DNA of 63,380 bases, the filler included, from Octopus bimaculoides (taxonomy: Eukaryota), in NCBI RefSeq assembly GCF_001194135.2. It is 6 parts of 4 records of this genome, joined end to end, with 100 filler letters (N's around TTAATTAATTAA, not from the genome) between each part and the next. Parts side by side here need not be neighbours in the genome. Positions count along the whole stretch, not along the records: positions 1 to 15,282 come from NC_068987.1; 5 more parts are not named here. One strand, given 5' to 3'. Below, one piece after another: positions 1-14,150 of this stretch. Position 1 is the stretch's first letter; each line of letters starts with the position of its first letter. The notes under the pieces were generated by a model. The model was not told where the DNA came from, ran no database searches, and saw only the letters and a list, made by a program, of their open reading frames with translations. The position numbers were made by a program, and so were the translations under genes.

Positions 1-530
1 CCCCCAAGAAAAGCTCTACTTTGTAATTTGTCCATTTTCTGTATTTATCCCTGTGTGGCTATAATAAAAAGATATCTATCTAATTACATACTTGAATCAG
101 TGTGTGTAAGCTGTTTGAAGTGATGTACAGATAAAATGACATAACCAAAAACGACATCTTGAGTTGCGATTTAATTTCAATGGGTTGACAACATCAATAC
201 TATATAATTGAAAAGAAGTTTCTCTTTCCCTATCTTCCCTCTTCATCGTTTTCTTTTCCCCCTTTTTTCTTATCTTTCCCATCCTTTTCCTATAATTAAC
301 ATCTTGAAAGATATTTAGCCTCTACCTTCAACTCTCTTCCTCCCTTATTCACAACTATGCCAATATGTATATAATGAGAAAAATGTGTATATTTACAAAC
401 ATGTTGACAGGTATATGATGAGTAAGGAAAAAAGTGAGATAAAAAATGCTTTCTGGAATTATAATTAAATTTCAATAGCCTGAACATATTAATATAATAT
501 AATTAAAAAGAAATCTCTCTCTCTCTCTGT

Positions 531-599
<69 letters not shown>

Positions 600-1749
600 A
601 TCCCTCTTTGCTTTACTTATTCTTTCGCGATCGCTCTGCTCCCCATCTTCATCCCTTCCTCCTTTTCTCCATAAACAAACTCTTCTCCTCAGCTAAATAC
701 AACAAACAAACATTCGTTCTTTGACTCATATATAAAAAAAACAAAAAAAAAACGATGAAATGTTTTTGATATTTTGGTCCATTTCTTCTTGAAGAGTTCG
801 GTTAAACGAACGACATCGATAATAAAGAATTAACCTAAATTCTGAATGCATCTTTTTCTTAATCTGTATACGTCTGTTTAAAAGACTGTTTGACATTCCC
901 GAGAGTCAAACTAATATACATGTTTGTTGTTCACACACCTCTGTTTGTCTTTTGTTTTTCTCTTCATTTTGACTATATATTATACACTCATGTGGTCATC
1001 GAAATTTTATCCAGCTGAAACCTCCTACTCTTTGGACTTACGTATCTTAACTGCCTGAACTTTTGCATCTCGCCTCATCTACATTCCAGCACTCCACCCG
1101 GTTTATCACTGGATATGATGACTCTACTTTTACGGATTTTACTGGATTCTCTTGTTGATGTAAAATTATTCCAATATACCACGGCTTCTGAACATTTTTG
1201 AATCCTTCAAACCATTTGAACATTATTATTTTTCGTACTCCGTACGTTATTACTTTGCCTTTCTCTCTCCTCTTATTTTCGTCTCCTTTTCTGCCCTTTT
1301 CTCCCTTGTTTCTTCTCTTCATGGCTATTGAAGTTAAATGCCACCTCCACCCATAAAAACTAACTACATTATGTACTTTTTAAGCTATTCCTCTTTAATA
1401 TAACCTACTCATCCCATTTAAAAAATGCCAGCTCTTTAAATCATGAACCTAATGTGGAATACAGTGGGCATTGATGCTTAACCCCCAATATTAAAACCCT
1501 CTGGCAACTAATTTTACTCTTCTTTACCTTTCATACCGTGGGTGAACTTGTTTGCACTAGTTTCAATCTGGACTTAATTTTTCAACCAGCATACTGGTCT
1601 ACCTTCAGTTATAGTGAATCCTATTAGTCCTACCCACCACTTAGGAACAACACAACCCCGCTGTAGAACATAAATTTAATAACTTAATATTAATTGATCC
1701 CCTCTCTAGATTGTATAGGTCTGTATTTGGGTACTGCAGTTGATGATTT

Positions 1750-2820
1750 CCAATGAGATATCATTGTGCATGAATGAAATCGAAATTTTGTGGTAGAAAA
1801 CCACATGGTTACACCCACTGAAGCGTTAATATAGCAATAAGTTTAGTAATGTGAACAATATAATTTTAATTATGATATATATTAAGTAAGATTTAGCAAA
1901 GTGTGGTAGGATCCGGAGTTTGTAACCATGTTAGTAATTAGCAAGTGATTTAACTTGTAATCGTTTAACTTTTTGGGTTTTTTGTACTTTTGCCTTCTCG
2001 TGTGTCTAAGTGGCAGAATGTACTCAGACGTTTCCTTGTTCATCTCGTATTACCACCAATTGAAAGTATGCTGGCTATTTAATATGACTGCTTTAGCATT
2101 ATATTTCGAAAGTAATTTCCATTAGTATTCACCTCCCCTATCAGTAGTCTCCCCTTAACTGTCAAAAGGTTTATAGCCGTATTGGTTGCTAGTATCTAAT
2201 TTTCATTTTTCGTTTTTATTCTTATTTTATGTTATGTTGAGATGATCCCCTCTTCCACAACTTTTATTTACTGCTTCATTTTCTTCTTTATTTACGTCTA
2301 ACCCGGTAACGGTCTTGCCCATGGTTTAAATATAACTGACGAATTGTAGAGATGGCTGGACTTTGGTCAATTCCATTACGGACATCAGGTGGTCCGTCTC
2401 TAGAATATTTCAGTAAATACACCATTATAAAAGTGTTTTATAAATATTAATTGGCTCTATTTACGAAATCATAAGTACTATTCATATAAGCGATTCCTGT
2501 TTTACTTTAGGTCTAGTTTTATTTTATTACTGTCTATATATCCTGGTACCTCTATATAAAGAAATAACCCATAAATTATTTCTCTAGTTAATATTCTAGT
2601 TAACTCTTTTGCCTATCAACTTCAAGCTTCACACTACAAAATGGTATGATTCTGGTATATTAAGCCTTCTGGCCTCATCTCGAGGTTCTGTTCATTCCTA
2701 TTCCTTCTTCACTTCGTTTATTTTACTCCATTTTATTTTACGTATTTGTATTCACTCTGATGAAGCTCCATGTACTATATTCAATGTGCTATACAGATGG
2801 CGAATAGTATTTTCAGAAAT
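1750..2820 (-). pseudogene. Very degraded non-LTR retrotransposon reverse-transcriptase remnant (tentative)
   Basis: Manual minus-strand translation gives fragments in the expected RT order: LDTSNQYGYKP (QYGF-like), AVILNSQHTFNWW (xxLDxxxAFDxV-like), WLQTPDPTTLC*ILLNIY (QGxPxSPxLF-like). Many stops and frameshifts. Confidence 0.3.
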
Positions 2821-2996
2821 TAATTTGTGAGGACTGACTGACATAGACAGTAGAAACGGCCCTAGCAATGGTATGTTATGTTTTATATCAAAAGATAATT
2901 AACCGATGTTGGTAAATGTGTTTGTTGATCAAAAGTTTTCTTTATTTTCTGCTTATTTAAATTTGATTCCTGATAAGCATTGTTTATATATATATA

Positions 2997-3061
<65 letters not shown>

Positions 3062-3094
3062 GTATTTGCATTTATATATATATATATAATTATA

Positions 3095-3515
3095 AAGCGC
3101 TGGAGTGACTGTGTGGTAAGTACCTTGCTTGCCAACCACATGGATCCGGGTTCATTCCCACTGCGTGGCACCTTGGGTAAGTATCTTCTACTATAGTCTC
3201 AGACTGACCAAAGCCTTGTGAGTGGAGTTGGTAGACGGAAACTGAAAGAAGCTTGTCGTATATATGTATATATATACATGTATATGTGTGTATATGTTTG
3301 TGCGTCTGTGTTTGTCCCCCCCAACATCGCTTGACAACTGATGGTGGTGTGTTTAGGTCCCCGTAACTTAGCAGTTCGGCAAAAGAGACCGATAGAATAA
3401 GTACTAGGAATCCAAATAATAAGTCCTGGGTCGATTTGCTCGACTGAAGGTGGTGCTCCAGCATGGCCGCAGTCAAATGACTGAAACAAGTAAAAGAGTA
3501 AAAGAGTAAAGAGTA
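3095..3515 (+). mobile_element. SINE family A (tRNA-derived head, internal (TA)/(TG) microsatellite, (AAAGAGT)n-like tail), full length; resembles octopus OK-type SINE
   Basis: Box A-like TGACTGTGTGG and box B-like GGTTCATTCCC; body ...GGAAACTGAAAGAAGC...; tail CAAGTAAAAGAGTAAAAGAGTAAAGAGTA. More than 10 homologous copies in the window. Confidence 0.9.
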
Positions 3516-3559
3516 TATACATATATATTTATAATATATATATATATAAATATACATAT

Positions 3560-5438
3560 AATGAAAGATGATGTTATGGAATATGCAAAATAAAGCCTTT
3601 TCCGTTTTGTATCGATCCAGAAATGTCCTGCAGATGCACTGTAATAATTCTCTGGAAGGAATCAGTGATATGCATATGACGTTTCTTCGCTTGTATGACC
3701 ATATCATTAATATAACCCCCGTTTCCTTACGCGGTAAACATTCTTGATTATTATCTAAACATACTTAAATCATACTCCTCAGGAATATATCATTATATCT
3801 CATATANNNNNNNNNNNNNNNNNNNNNNNNNNNNNNNNNNNNNNNNNNNNNNNNNNNNNNNNNNNNNNNNNNNNNNNNNNNNNNNNNNNNNNNNNNNNNN
3901 NNNNNNNNNNNNNNNNNNNNNNNNNNNNNNNNNNNNNNNNNNNNNNNNNNNNNNNNNNNNNNNNNNNNNNNNNNNNNNNNNNNNNNNNNNNNNNNNNNNN
4001 NNNNNNNNNNNNNNNNNNNNNNNNNNNNNNNNNNNNNNNNNNNNNNNNNNNNNNNNNNNNNNNNNNNNNNNNNNNNNNNNNNNNNNNNNNNNNNNNNNNN
4101 NNNNNNNNNNNNNNNNNNNNNNNNNNNNNNNNNNNNNNNNNNNNNNNNNNNNNNNNNNNNNNNNNNNNNNNNNNNNNNNNNNNNNNNNNNNNNNNNNNNN
4201 NNNNNNNNNNNNNNNNNNNNNNNNNNNNNNNNNNNNNNNNNNNNNNNNNNNNNNNNNNNNNNNNNNNNNNNNNNNNNNNNNNNNNNNNNNNNNNNNNNNN
4301 NNNNNNNNNNNNNNNNNNNNNNNNNNNNNNNNNNNNNNNNNNNNNNNNNNNNNNNNNNNNNNNNNNNNNNNNNNNNNNNNNNNNNNNNNNNNNNNNNNNN
4401 NNNNNNNNNNNNNNNNNNNNNNNNNNNNNNNNNNNNNNNNNNNNNNNNNNNNNNNNNNNNNNNNNNNNNNNNNNNNNNNNNNNNNNNNNNNNNNNNNNNN
4501 NNNNNNNNNNNNNNNNNNNNNNNNNNNNNNNNNNNNNNNNNNNNNNNNNNNNNNNNNNNNNNNNNNNNNNNNNNNNNNNNNNNNNNNNNNNNNNNNNNNN
4601 NNNNNNNNNNNNNNNNNNNNNNNNNNNNNNNNNNNNNNNNAAACAGTGTTAAAAACAGTGTATGAAAATACACATATGGAAAAATACATATACATATACA
4701 TATTCTCATACATATTCTTTGACAATCGAATAAAATTGAGGAGGAACTGACCTGGCCTTTTTCTCTTGTGTATATTGAAGGAATGTTTTACTGTCTTAAG
4801 AGACAGTATGACTGGCTAGCTGGGGTGGGAGGGAAGAAGAGTTAAAGAAGATTTTTTTATTTTTGGTTGGTCTGTGACAGTCTGTCATGGTTCACTGGTT
4901 TTTGGGACTGGTTCTGTGCACATCTCTATGTGTGTGTATATATGTGTGTTTGTGTCCGTGTGTGTGGGTGTGGGTGTGTGGGTGTATATACATACATACA
5001 AACGTGTCATACTCTATTGGTAGATATTATACAATGCGTTCTTATTTCTAATGAAGCAAACATGGATAACTATTATGAAATGCCTGCTAACTTGTAGCAA
5101 GGTACACCTAATATTACAAACAATTCGCAGTGTTCTTAGCAGTGCCTACCATTATTTTCTTTATAAAAATATTAGCAGTATTTTCGGAAACAGTGTCATA
5201 AAACAGTACAGAAATATAATAAAAGATGATGTTATGGAATATGCAAAATAAAGCCTTTTCCGTTTTGTATCGATCCAGAAATGTCCTGCGGATGCACTGT
5301 AATAATTCTCTGGAAGGAATCAGTGATATGCATATGACGTTTCTTCGTTTGTATGACCATATCATTAATATAACCCCCGTTTCCTTACGCGGTAAACATT
5401 CTTGATTATTATCTAAACATACTTAAATCATACTCCTC
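3560..5438. repeat. ~230-bp direct duplication (3560-3790 and 5218-5438) on either side of an N gap
   Basis: Near-identical text (AAAGATGATGTTATGGAATATGC...AAATCATACTCCTC) with about 3 substitutions; both copies end at or near gaps. Confidence 0.85.
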
Positions 5439-5448
5439 NNNNNNNNNN

Positions 5449-5487
<39 letters not shown>

Positions 5488-6050
5488 TGCATATATAAGA
5501 TGTTCAATATATATCATGTATACACGTATACAAATAAAACAGATAGAAAACAGAAAGAATATATGAGAAACAAAAAAAAAGATGATGCAAAGGTTTATTC
5601 TTAACGACAATGGAGACTTATGTCAATGTTTGTTGGGAAGTTTCCCTGAAATATGTCGTTATTCGTTATGAATCAAGCATGCATATGTATGAAAAGCTTC
5701 GAAATATCATGCAATGTGCAGCAAATAATTATATAGTTAGCCTTAATGTTCTCGAAAATGCTTCTTATTTTCTTTATTGAAAAACAACATGTTAAAAACT
5801 GTACCCTAAAACAGTACATAAACGGTAACGATATGGAATATTTCTAAAGAAAAGTGCTTTGTTTTTCATATATTCATTATCCAGAATTGGTTTGCGGTTG
5901 GAGTACCGTATTTCTCAACGTCGATCACTGGAGGATTTCTAGTCTTAGTTCTTTCTTTCGTACTCCTAAGCCGTAAACATTCTTCCTCTCCTTAACGTAT
6001 ATTCCTCATAATCCATATAAATACAACTTATACATAAATACATACATACA

Positions 6051-6088
<38 letters not shown>

Positions 6089-6224
6089 AGGTATATAATA
6101 AGATCCAAATAGAGAAAGAGCTATAAAGGAAACGAAATAGGACACTAAATATTAAATAGGGTGAAGGAGAAACGTAAGGAGAAAAGTGTTGAGAGCTGCA
6201 AATGTATACCTTATAATAAGGTAT

Positions 6225-6289
<65 letters not shown>

Positions 6290-6760
6290 TTCCACCACAA
6301 ATAGAATTTGTTGGAATATAAACCCCAAATTTTCCTCTAGTATTCTGAATTTACTATATATGTTGATGCCATTTTTCAGACTGATCGGAAATCTGAGATT
6401 AGATAATATTATGAAAACTCATGTGAAAAGTCGACATTTAATGGATAGTGCTGCCCCAGTTGACAAAAATATATTTCTGAAAGCGTTTGAGAAACTGAGC
6501 AAATATAAAAATTTGGGATAGAAATCCGAAGAAAGTGGCATCTGAAACCAATAACAGTAATTGATGCAAGTGGAATTATATCAGAGAGTCCAAACCAATA
6601 TCTAGACCAAATAAATAGCAGCCACAACAGATAAGTAAATTTAAAATTTCCCAAGCGGAACAGGATAAAACATCGAGTGTATAAAACTTCATTTGCCAGT
6701 GCAGAATGAATAGTTCATACCTATTCTACTGCTGAGGAGCCTCATTTAGATTCATACCAC
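6290..6760 (+). mobile_element. 5'-truncated R4/Dong-clade non-LTR retrotransposon (restriction-like endonuclease region), degraded
   Basis: LMDSAAPVDKNIFLKAFEKLSKYKNLG, then in a shifted frame IEIRRKWHLKPITVIDASGIISESPNQYLDQI, matching the RLE C-terminus. Begins directly after an (ATA)n array at 6225-6288. Confidence 0.75.
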
Positions 6761-6824
6761 ATGTATTTTTCTGATATGGGTCTAAACTAGACTTACTTTT
6801 AAAAGATTATTATCAATAATCAGC

Positions 6825-7245
6825 CGCAGGGGTCGCTGTGTGGTACGTAGTTTGCTCACCAGCCACATGGTTAACGGTTTAGTTCCACTGCGTGGAACCT
6901 TGGGCAAGTGTTTCTACTATAGCCTCGGGTCGACCAAAGCCTTGTGTGTGGATTTGGTAGACGGAAACTGAAAGAAGCCCGTCGTAAATATATGTGTATA
7001 TATATGTATGTGTGTGTATATGTTTGTGTGTATGTGTTTGTCCCCTCCCACCAAACATCGCTTGACAACCGATGCTGATGTGTTTACGTCCCCGTAACTA
7101 AGCGGTTCGGCAAAAGAGACCGATAGAATAAGTACTAGGCTTACAAAGAATAAGTCCTAGAGTCGATTTTCTCGATTAAAGGCGGTGCTCCAGCATGGCC
7201 GCAGTCAAACGACTGAAACAAGTAAAAGAGTAAAAGAGTAAAAGA
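6825..7245 (+). mobile_element. SINE family A, full length
   Basis: Collinear with 3095-3515, including head, internal (TA)/(TG) linker and AAAGAGT tail. Confidence 0.9.
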
Positions 7246-8443
7246 ATACGATTTTGAACATAAGTGTATGAAGTAATAAAGTATGTAAGAAGAAAAATAA
7301 AAATAATGTAGAAATTATTGCTTATTTAACTGTAAGTATTAAGAACGTACGCCCAAAGTGGCATGTCAGAAAGGCAACAAGATGTCTGTGCGTGCATGTG
7401 TGTGTGTGTTTAGGAAAACTGTAATCGTTACTAATTGTCTTTAAGGGTGCCAAATTACGAATATTGCATTATAGAGTTAAAATTTCTTAATTCTGTATGA
7501 AATGCACAGCGTAATATATACAGTGACATAATAATAAACATGTCTATCACAATCATCAACATATGGAACAAAATGATTAGCAGCATTGATTAGGACATTT
7601 TTCCGTACTGATCACACTGTCAACGATGTGAACATTGATTTTCCCCTTTTCCGGGTCGATACATTAATGTAACAATCAATTTCTCGGTTCGATATTAGTG
7701 CCTTGCTCTCCCTTTTTAGAATTTCAAGAACCTGATATTCTGCCAAAATCCGAAACTTGTTGTACTTTGGCCGATTTTGTAACTCCTGTCATTCTAAAGT
7801 ATATAATATGCATATCGTGTATAGGCACACACCCACACGCACACACATTTAATTAGAGGTTAAAATAGCCTCATTAAGGGTTAGTAGTATCCAATGAATT
7901 ACTGGCTCATTGCTTAGTGTATTTTGTGAATAATAATATTCATAAAATAAAAGGTCGTTTATAAGTATACAAAAGAAAATTTAGTAAATGGAGATGTAGC
8001 ATTACTATAATTTATTATCTGCAAAAATCCAACATATTCTCTTACAGCTGTTTCAATTTAGTCTAAAAGATTAAATTACAATAATCAAATCATTGTATAT
8101 ACATATATATACAATCTAATCAGAGTGGTAGAAAACATATACCGTTAAGTTATTAAGTGGTGTGCTTTCAAAACATCTCAACAGACTAAATGTCATTTTG
8201 CTGTTAATATTGGTATAACTCGGGGCCACAGGGCCATAGCTTGTGTTAGTGGGTAATGAATAATGTGAATATAATCATGGTAATAACTGGAAAATAAATA
8301 AATAAAGTTTAGATAGTGAATTACAATATGTAATAGTATCAAATGCATGTGGTAATAAATAAATGTATGATGTGAAAAATAGATAAAATATACATTAACC
8401 TTGGTCAGAAAACCATTCATCTTTTAATACAGTATATTATGTG

Positions 8444-8489
<46 letters not shown>

Positions 8490-8611
8490 AGAGTATTGTA
8501 GTTCGTTTGAAGCATTGTGTATTGATTGCAACAAATAAAAAGTTTTGAACGGTACAACAATACACTATTATACAAAAAATGGACTATATACCTATTGTAA
8601 TTTGCTTATCT

Positions 8612-8655
8612 ATAGTCCGATGATATTACGGAATTAGAATTCCGTCTTCAGACGT
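8612..8655 (-). ncRNA. Degenerate minimal type I hammerhead ribozyme
   Basis: Minus strand: CUGAAGA-C-GGAAU-UCUA-AUUCC-GUAA(for GAAA)-U-AUC-AUC-GGAC. One core substitution and a poor helix I. Confidence 0.35.
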
Positions 8656-9335
8656 TCTTCGATATATATATATATATATATTTGCACACGTACATATTCG
8701 TAGATATACACATCTAAGTAAGAAAGTGTATATATAAGTAATAATATATGCATATATGTAATATACATACACACATATACACATAAAAACATGTTCACAA
8801 ACTGTAGATACAAATACGTATCTATCATGTACGGTTACATGAAGATGCTTACATGGACATCTATTAGCGTGAATTAATGCATATAAGTAACCACATCTAT
8901 ATGTGTATACATATACGCACAAATGCATTCATCTACCTACGCGAATACTTACTCATATATATATATATATATCAACAATTATGTATAACACATCTTTTCA
9001 TAACGTTTTTTACACACCTTATACTTATACACATATACACGTACATGTACATATACATACATATATAATCAAGAATTACATGTACGAAACAATGAATGCA
9101 TACATATGCAAACCTTAATTCTCCCACTCCTAATGAAAATAGGTATCGATTAAGTAAAGTCAAAACAAGCTGTTTCGCCAAATATTTAAAAATAGAAAGC
9201 GTTCCTTTATTATATAATTAAGTAGATCTAACGGAAAACAATGATACTTATGTCCTTAAAAATAATATTATTTAGGCGAGTCGCTATGAATAACTGAAGT
9301 AAAGTTTAACTTATCTAAACTATTAGATTATACTC

Positions 9336-9810
<475 letters not shown>

Positions 9811-10001
9811 TAACATGAATAATAAGAACAGATGAAGTAAGGCTAACAACGAGACGAAACAGAAATACAATAACCACCTGAACAGAACCAACATTAAGCA
9901 ACACAACGATAAGTTTAGCATAAATTACAGGGAAACCCAGAAGACTAAAAGAAACCATATATCGGGCCCACAAATACCTAACAATACTAATAGGGAAAAC
10001 A

Positions 10002-10774
10002 ATGAAAAGACACATATTAAAAATAAACCCAAATATAGAAATGAATCAGATAGCCGGAAAGAAAAGATTCACCACCCTCCCCAGGTATGATGGCAGCTTC
10101 TATACCAGATATGGCCATAATAGCAGCAAGAACAATAAGGATACGATCTGGCTAATCATTCCTTATAACATGGGCCTCAAATCCAACATAGTCCGCTCAC
10201 TAGTGAACATAATAGATAAACACCTCAATGTGAACAATAAATGCGCAGAAATATTTAAGAACAAAATAAGAATAGGCCACAACCTAACATGCATCTTAGC
10301 TACCATAATAGCATCTACTAATAATAAGAAATTAGACGCATTCTATACAGCTAGAAACATCACGAACAAACAAATCAACAACCCTCTAAACAATAGAACT
10401 AAATGCAACCCTAGTCCAACACTCCTTACTAGGATGGATGCACACCGAAAAAACAATAGGGCCACACAACAACACACATACATAGACACCCCTCATAACC
10501 TATGTGGCTGTAGAGATAGGAACAAATGCAATTTCTCCGATAGGTGCAAGACAGATAATATAGTTTACCAATGTGATGTACAAACAAACAGCCACACTAA
10601 ATCTTACATTGGTGTAACGAAAAACCAAATACGCTTAAGATATAACGAGCACCTAGCGAGTTTTAAAAACAGAAATAAGGCAAATTCTACAGGGCTTAGT
10701 AGGTATATCTGGGAACTAAACGACAATAAGATAGAATATAAACTAAAGTGGCACATACTAAAAGTAGCTAATTC
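10002..10774 (+). mobile_element. Penelope-like element 3' region with GIY-YIG endonuclease, truncated by a gap
   Basis: Open frame: CGCRDRNKCNFSDRCKTDNIVYQCDVQTNSHTKSYIGVTKNQIRLRYNEHLASF...NSTGLSRYIWEL...KWHIL. Cys-rich linker plus VY...YIG motif and conserved R..H. Confidence 0.9.
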
Positions 10775-12089
10775 NNNNNNNNNNNNNNNNNNNNNNNNNN
10801 NNNNNNNNNNNNNNNNNNNNNNNNNNNNNNNNNNNNNNNNNNNNNNNNNNNNNNNNNNNNNNNNNNNNNNNNNNNNNNNNNNNNNNNNNNNNNNNNNNNN
10901 NNNNNNNNNNNNNNNNNNNNNNNNNNNNNNNNNNNNNNNNNNNNNNNNNNNNNNNNNNNNNNNNNNNNNNNNNNNNNNNNNNNNNNNNNNNNNNNNNNNN
11001 NNNNNNNNNNNNNNNNNNNNNNNNNNNNNNNNNNNNNNNNNNNNNNNNNNNNNNNNNNNNNNNNNNNNNNNNNNNNNNNNNNNNNNNNNNNNNNNNNNNN
11101 NNNNNNNNNNNNNNNNNNNNNNNNNNNNNNNNNNNNNNNNNNNNNNNNNNNNNNNNNNNNNNNNNNNNNNNNNNNNNNNNNNNNNNNNNNNNNNNNNNNN
11201 NNNNNNNNNNNNNNNNNNNNNNNNNNNNNNNNNNNNNNNNNNNNNNNNNNNNNNNNNNNNNNNNNNNNNNNNNNNNNNNNNNNNNNNNNNNNNNNNNNNN
11301 NNNNNNNNNNNNNNNNNNNNNNNNNNNNNNNNNNNNNNNNNNNNNNNNNNNNNNNNNNNNNNNNNNNNNNNNNNNNNNNNNNNNNNNNNNNNNNNNNNNN
11401 NNNNNNNNNNNNNNNNNNNNNNNNNNNNNNNNNNNNNNNNNNNNNNNNNNNNNNNNNNNNNNNNNNNNNNNNNNNNNNNNNNNNNNNNNNNNNNNNNNNN
11501 NNNNNNNNNNNNNNNNNNNNNNNNNNNNNNNNNNNNNNNNNNNNNNNNNNNNNNNNNNNNNNNNNNNNNNNNNNNNNNNNNNNNNNNNNNNNNNNNNNNN
11601 NNNNNNNNNNNNNNNNNNNNNNNNNNNNNNNNNNNNNNNNNNNNNNNNNNATATATATATATATATACGGATATATACCCATATATACACACACTAAGAT
11701 ATCTATATATAACTATATATATTTATCAAAAGCCCACATATTAGTTTATACTCATGTATACATATAGATATCTATACACATATATACATTTACATAGGGT
11801 CCTTACATATAAATGAGAATATGTATTCAACTAAACACGTATACATGTATAAAAAAAATTAAGTATAATACAGTAATATTAAAGAATATGAATAGGCTAT
11901 TTCTGGAAAAAAGTGTAAATAAAACTATTGTTATCTAAATATAAAATATATAATATTTATAGTGTTGACCTTAAAATATGTGTTCATAAGTAATTACATC
12001 ACATTTAACATACAATTCAATAATATAAGCACTGATAAGGGTTAGGGGTGTGTCAGAGAGATAATAAACATTATTTGAATTTGGAAAAT

Positions 12090-12645
12090 ACATATTTTCC
12101 CGCATGAACACAGGAATTACTCTTCTCATCTCTAAGATTAATTAAGGTAATTTTAGACGAAAGAATAAAGAATACTTCAGTTATAAAAAGAAGACGGTTT
12201 TATTATTGACATTATAAGATGTTACGGAAGTAATTATATCCCATTTAAGATCAAAATTAATATCATTCTCCTTTAATTGCCAAATAAATTTACTTAATCC
12301 TGTAGAATTAAATGTCTGTTTATACCTGAAATTATGCAAGTGGGTCGTGACGTGTTTTTTAATTACATTCTCTGTCGAACCTATGTAAATATGATTTTTA
12401 CCTTGGGTTATAACTTTACATTCGCATATTGCATTTTTACTTTTACATGAATACTTAAATAGACAATTATTTTTAACTTTGAAATCACAATAATTATAAG
12501 TGTAATTATATATTTGTGTATGAAATATCCTATCTAGATCCTTCGCATGCGATAAAGGTAAATCGTTTTGTCTGCTCTGTAGCGAAGAACAATTACACAT
12601 TCTTTTCTCGGAGAAAACTCTTGTAAACACGTTTAAAGAACACAC
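12090..12645 (-). mobile_element. Penelope-like element GIY-YIG fragment
   Basis: CKSKNAICECKVITQGKNHIYIGSTENVIKKHVTTHLHNF...NSTGLSKFIWQLKENDINFDLKWDI; same family as 10002. Confidence 0.85.
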
Positions 12646-13499
12646 TTTTAATTTCTACCACTCTATAAAATTCGATATTTAATTATTTTCTTCNNNNNNN
12701 NNNNNNNNNNNNNNNNNNNNNNNNNNNNNNNNNNNNNNNNNNNNNNNNNNNNNNNNNNNNNNNNNNNNNNNNNNNNNNNNNNNNNNNNNNNNNNNNNNNN
12801 NNNNNNNNNNNNNNNNNNNNNNNNNNNNNNNNNNNNNNNNNNNNNNNNNNNNNNNNNNNNNNNNNNNNNNNNNNNNNNNNNNNNNNNNNNNNNNNNNNNN
12901 NNNNNNNNNNNNNNNNNNNNNNNNNNNNNNNNNNNNNNNNNNNNNNNNNNNNNNNNNNNNNNNNNNNNNNNNNNNNNNNNNNNNNNNNNNNNNNNNNNNN
13001 NNNNNNNNNNNNNNNNNNNNNNNNNNNNNNNNNNNNNNNNNNNNNNNNNNNNNNNNNNNNNNNNNNNNNNNNNNNNNNNNNNNNNNNNNNNNNNNNNNNN
13101 NNNNNNNNNNNNNNNNNNNNNNNNNNNNNNNNNNNNNNNNNNNNNNNNNNNNNNNNNNNNNNNNNNNNNNNNNNNNNNNNNNNNNNNNNNNNNNNNNNNN
13201 NNNNNNNNNNNNNNNNNNNNNNNNNNNNNNNNNNNNNNNNNNNNNNNNNNNNNNNNNNNNNNNNNNNNNNNNNNNNNNNNNNNNNNNNNNNNNNNNNNNN
13301 NNNNNNNNNNNNNNNGTGTGTGTGTGTGTTTGTGTGTGTGTGCTTGTGTGTGTATAGGGACAGAATGAGACAGAGAGCCAGAGAGAAATATAAAGAGAGA
13401 GAATTAGTGTTAGGTAGGGAGAAGCAAAGAAAAATGTAGAAACACCTTCATTAAAAACTTGAATACTGAATTCCAAGAATATATGATATGAATATATAT

Positions 13500-14150
13500 T
13501 TTGCAGATGATCATAAAACTTATTTACTTTTAAAAAAATCTATTTTCAGAAAATTAAAGAAATATTCACTTGCTAGAATTATTTCCTCAAGAATAATTTT
13601 TTTTTGCAACTTTTTACCGTTTCTCTGTTGCATTATTCTTTATTAATATTTGTAGTTTTTTTCCATGCGTATTTTAGTTGACTGTCAAATTGTTGTCTTA
13701 AAAATATTAAAAAAATATTAATATAATGCTTTATATTCCTTTAAACATACAAGCCGTTAGTGATTTTTAAAAATGTTTATTCATTTGCGAGATATCTATA
13801 ATAAAGGAACTATATAATTTACCTCTGAAATTTCCTAAAATTAATATTCAAAATAATATTCCTCGAGTAACAATTTCAACACCACTCTATTCCATAATTC
13901 CCGTCCATTTCTTTTCAATTACAAAGCATGTCTTTGCATCATTTCTTTCAATTTCTTATTTTAGAATGCATTCGTTAACACTTTGGTTTGCTTTATTGAA
14001 TTCACAGTTACCGTTGTTGATATGTTCGTTTTCTGATTTATGAAAATCATACTTGGAAAGTTTCATCTTCGCCGTTATTCAGAAAAATGTGGATCATTTT
14101 GCATGTTGAAATTAAACATACTAAACAATCTATTTTTTAAACTAAACGCT
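13500..14150 (-). pseudogene. Highly degraded Penelope-like RT C-terminal/linker remnant
   Basis: Manual translation shows FHKSENEHINN (KPxN-like), ME*SG* (LxxSGY-like) and R*II*F (RxIIWFNPP-like) in the correct order. Confidence 0.35.

Noticed and set aside
2755-2830. CTGATGA as a hammerhead core
   Set aside because: No compatible helix II, GAAA, helix III and helix I arrangement.
3560-5438. 230-bp direct repeat as possible LTRs of an element hidden in the gap
   Set aside because: No TG...CA ends, PBS or PPT; ~1% divergence and gap adjacency fit two haplotypes assembled in tandem. A faint YINDMVI (RT-like) reading was too weak to call.
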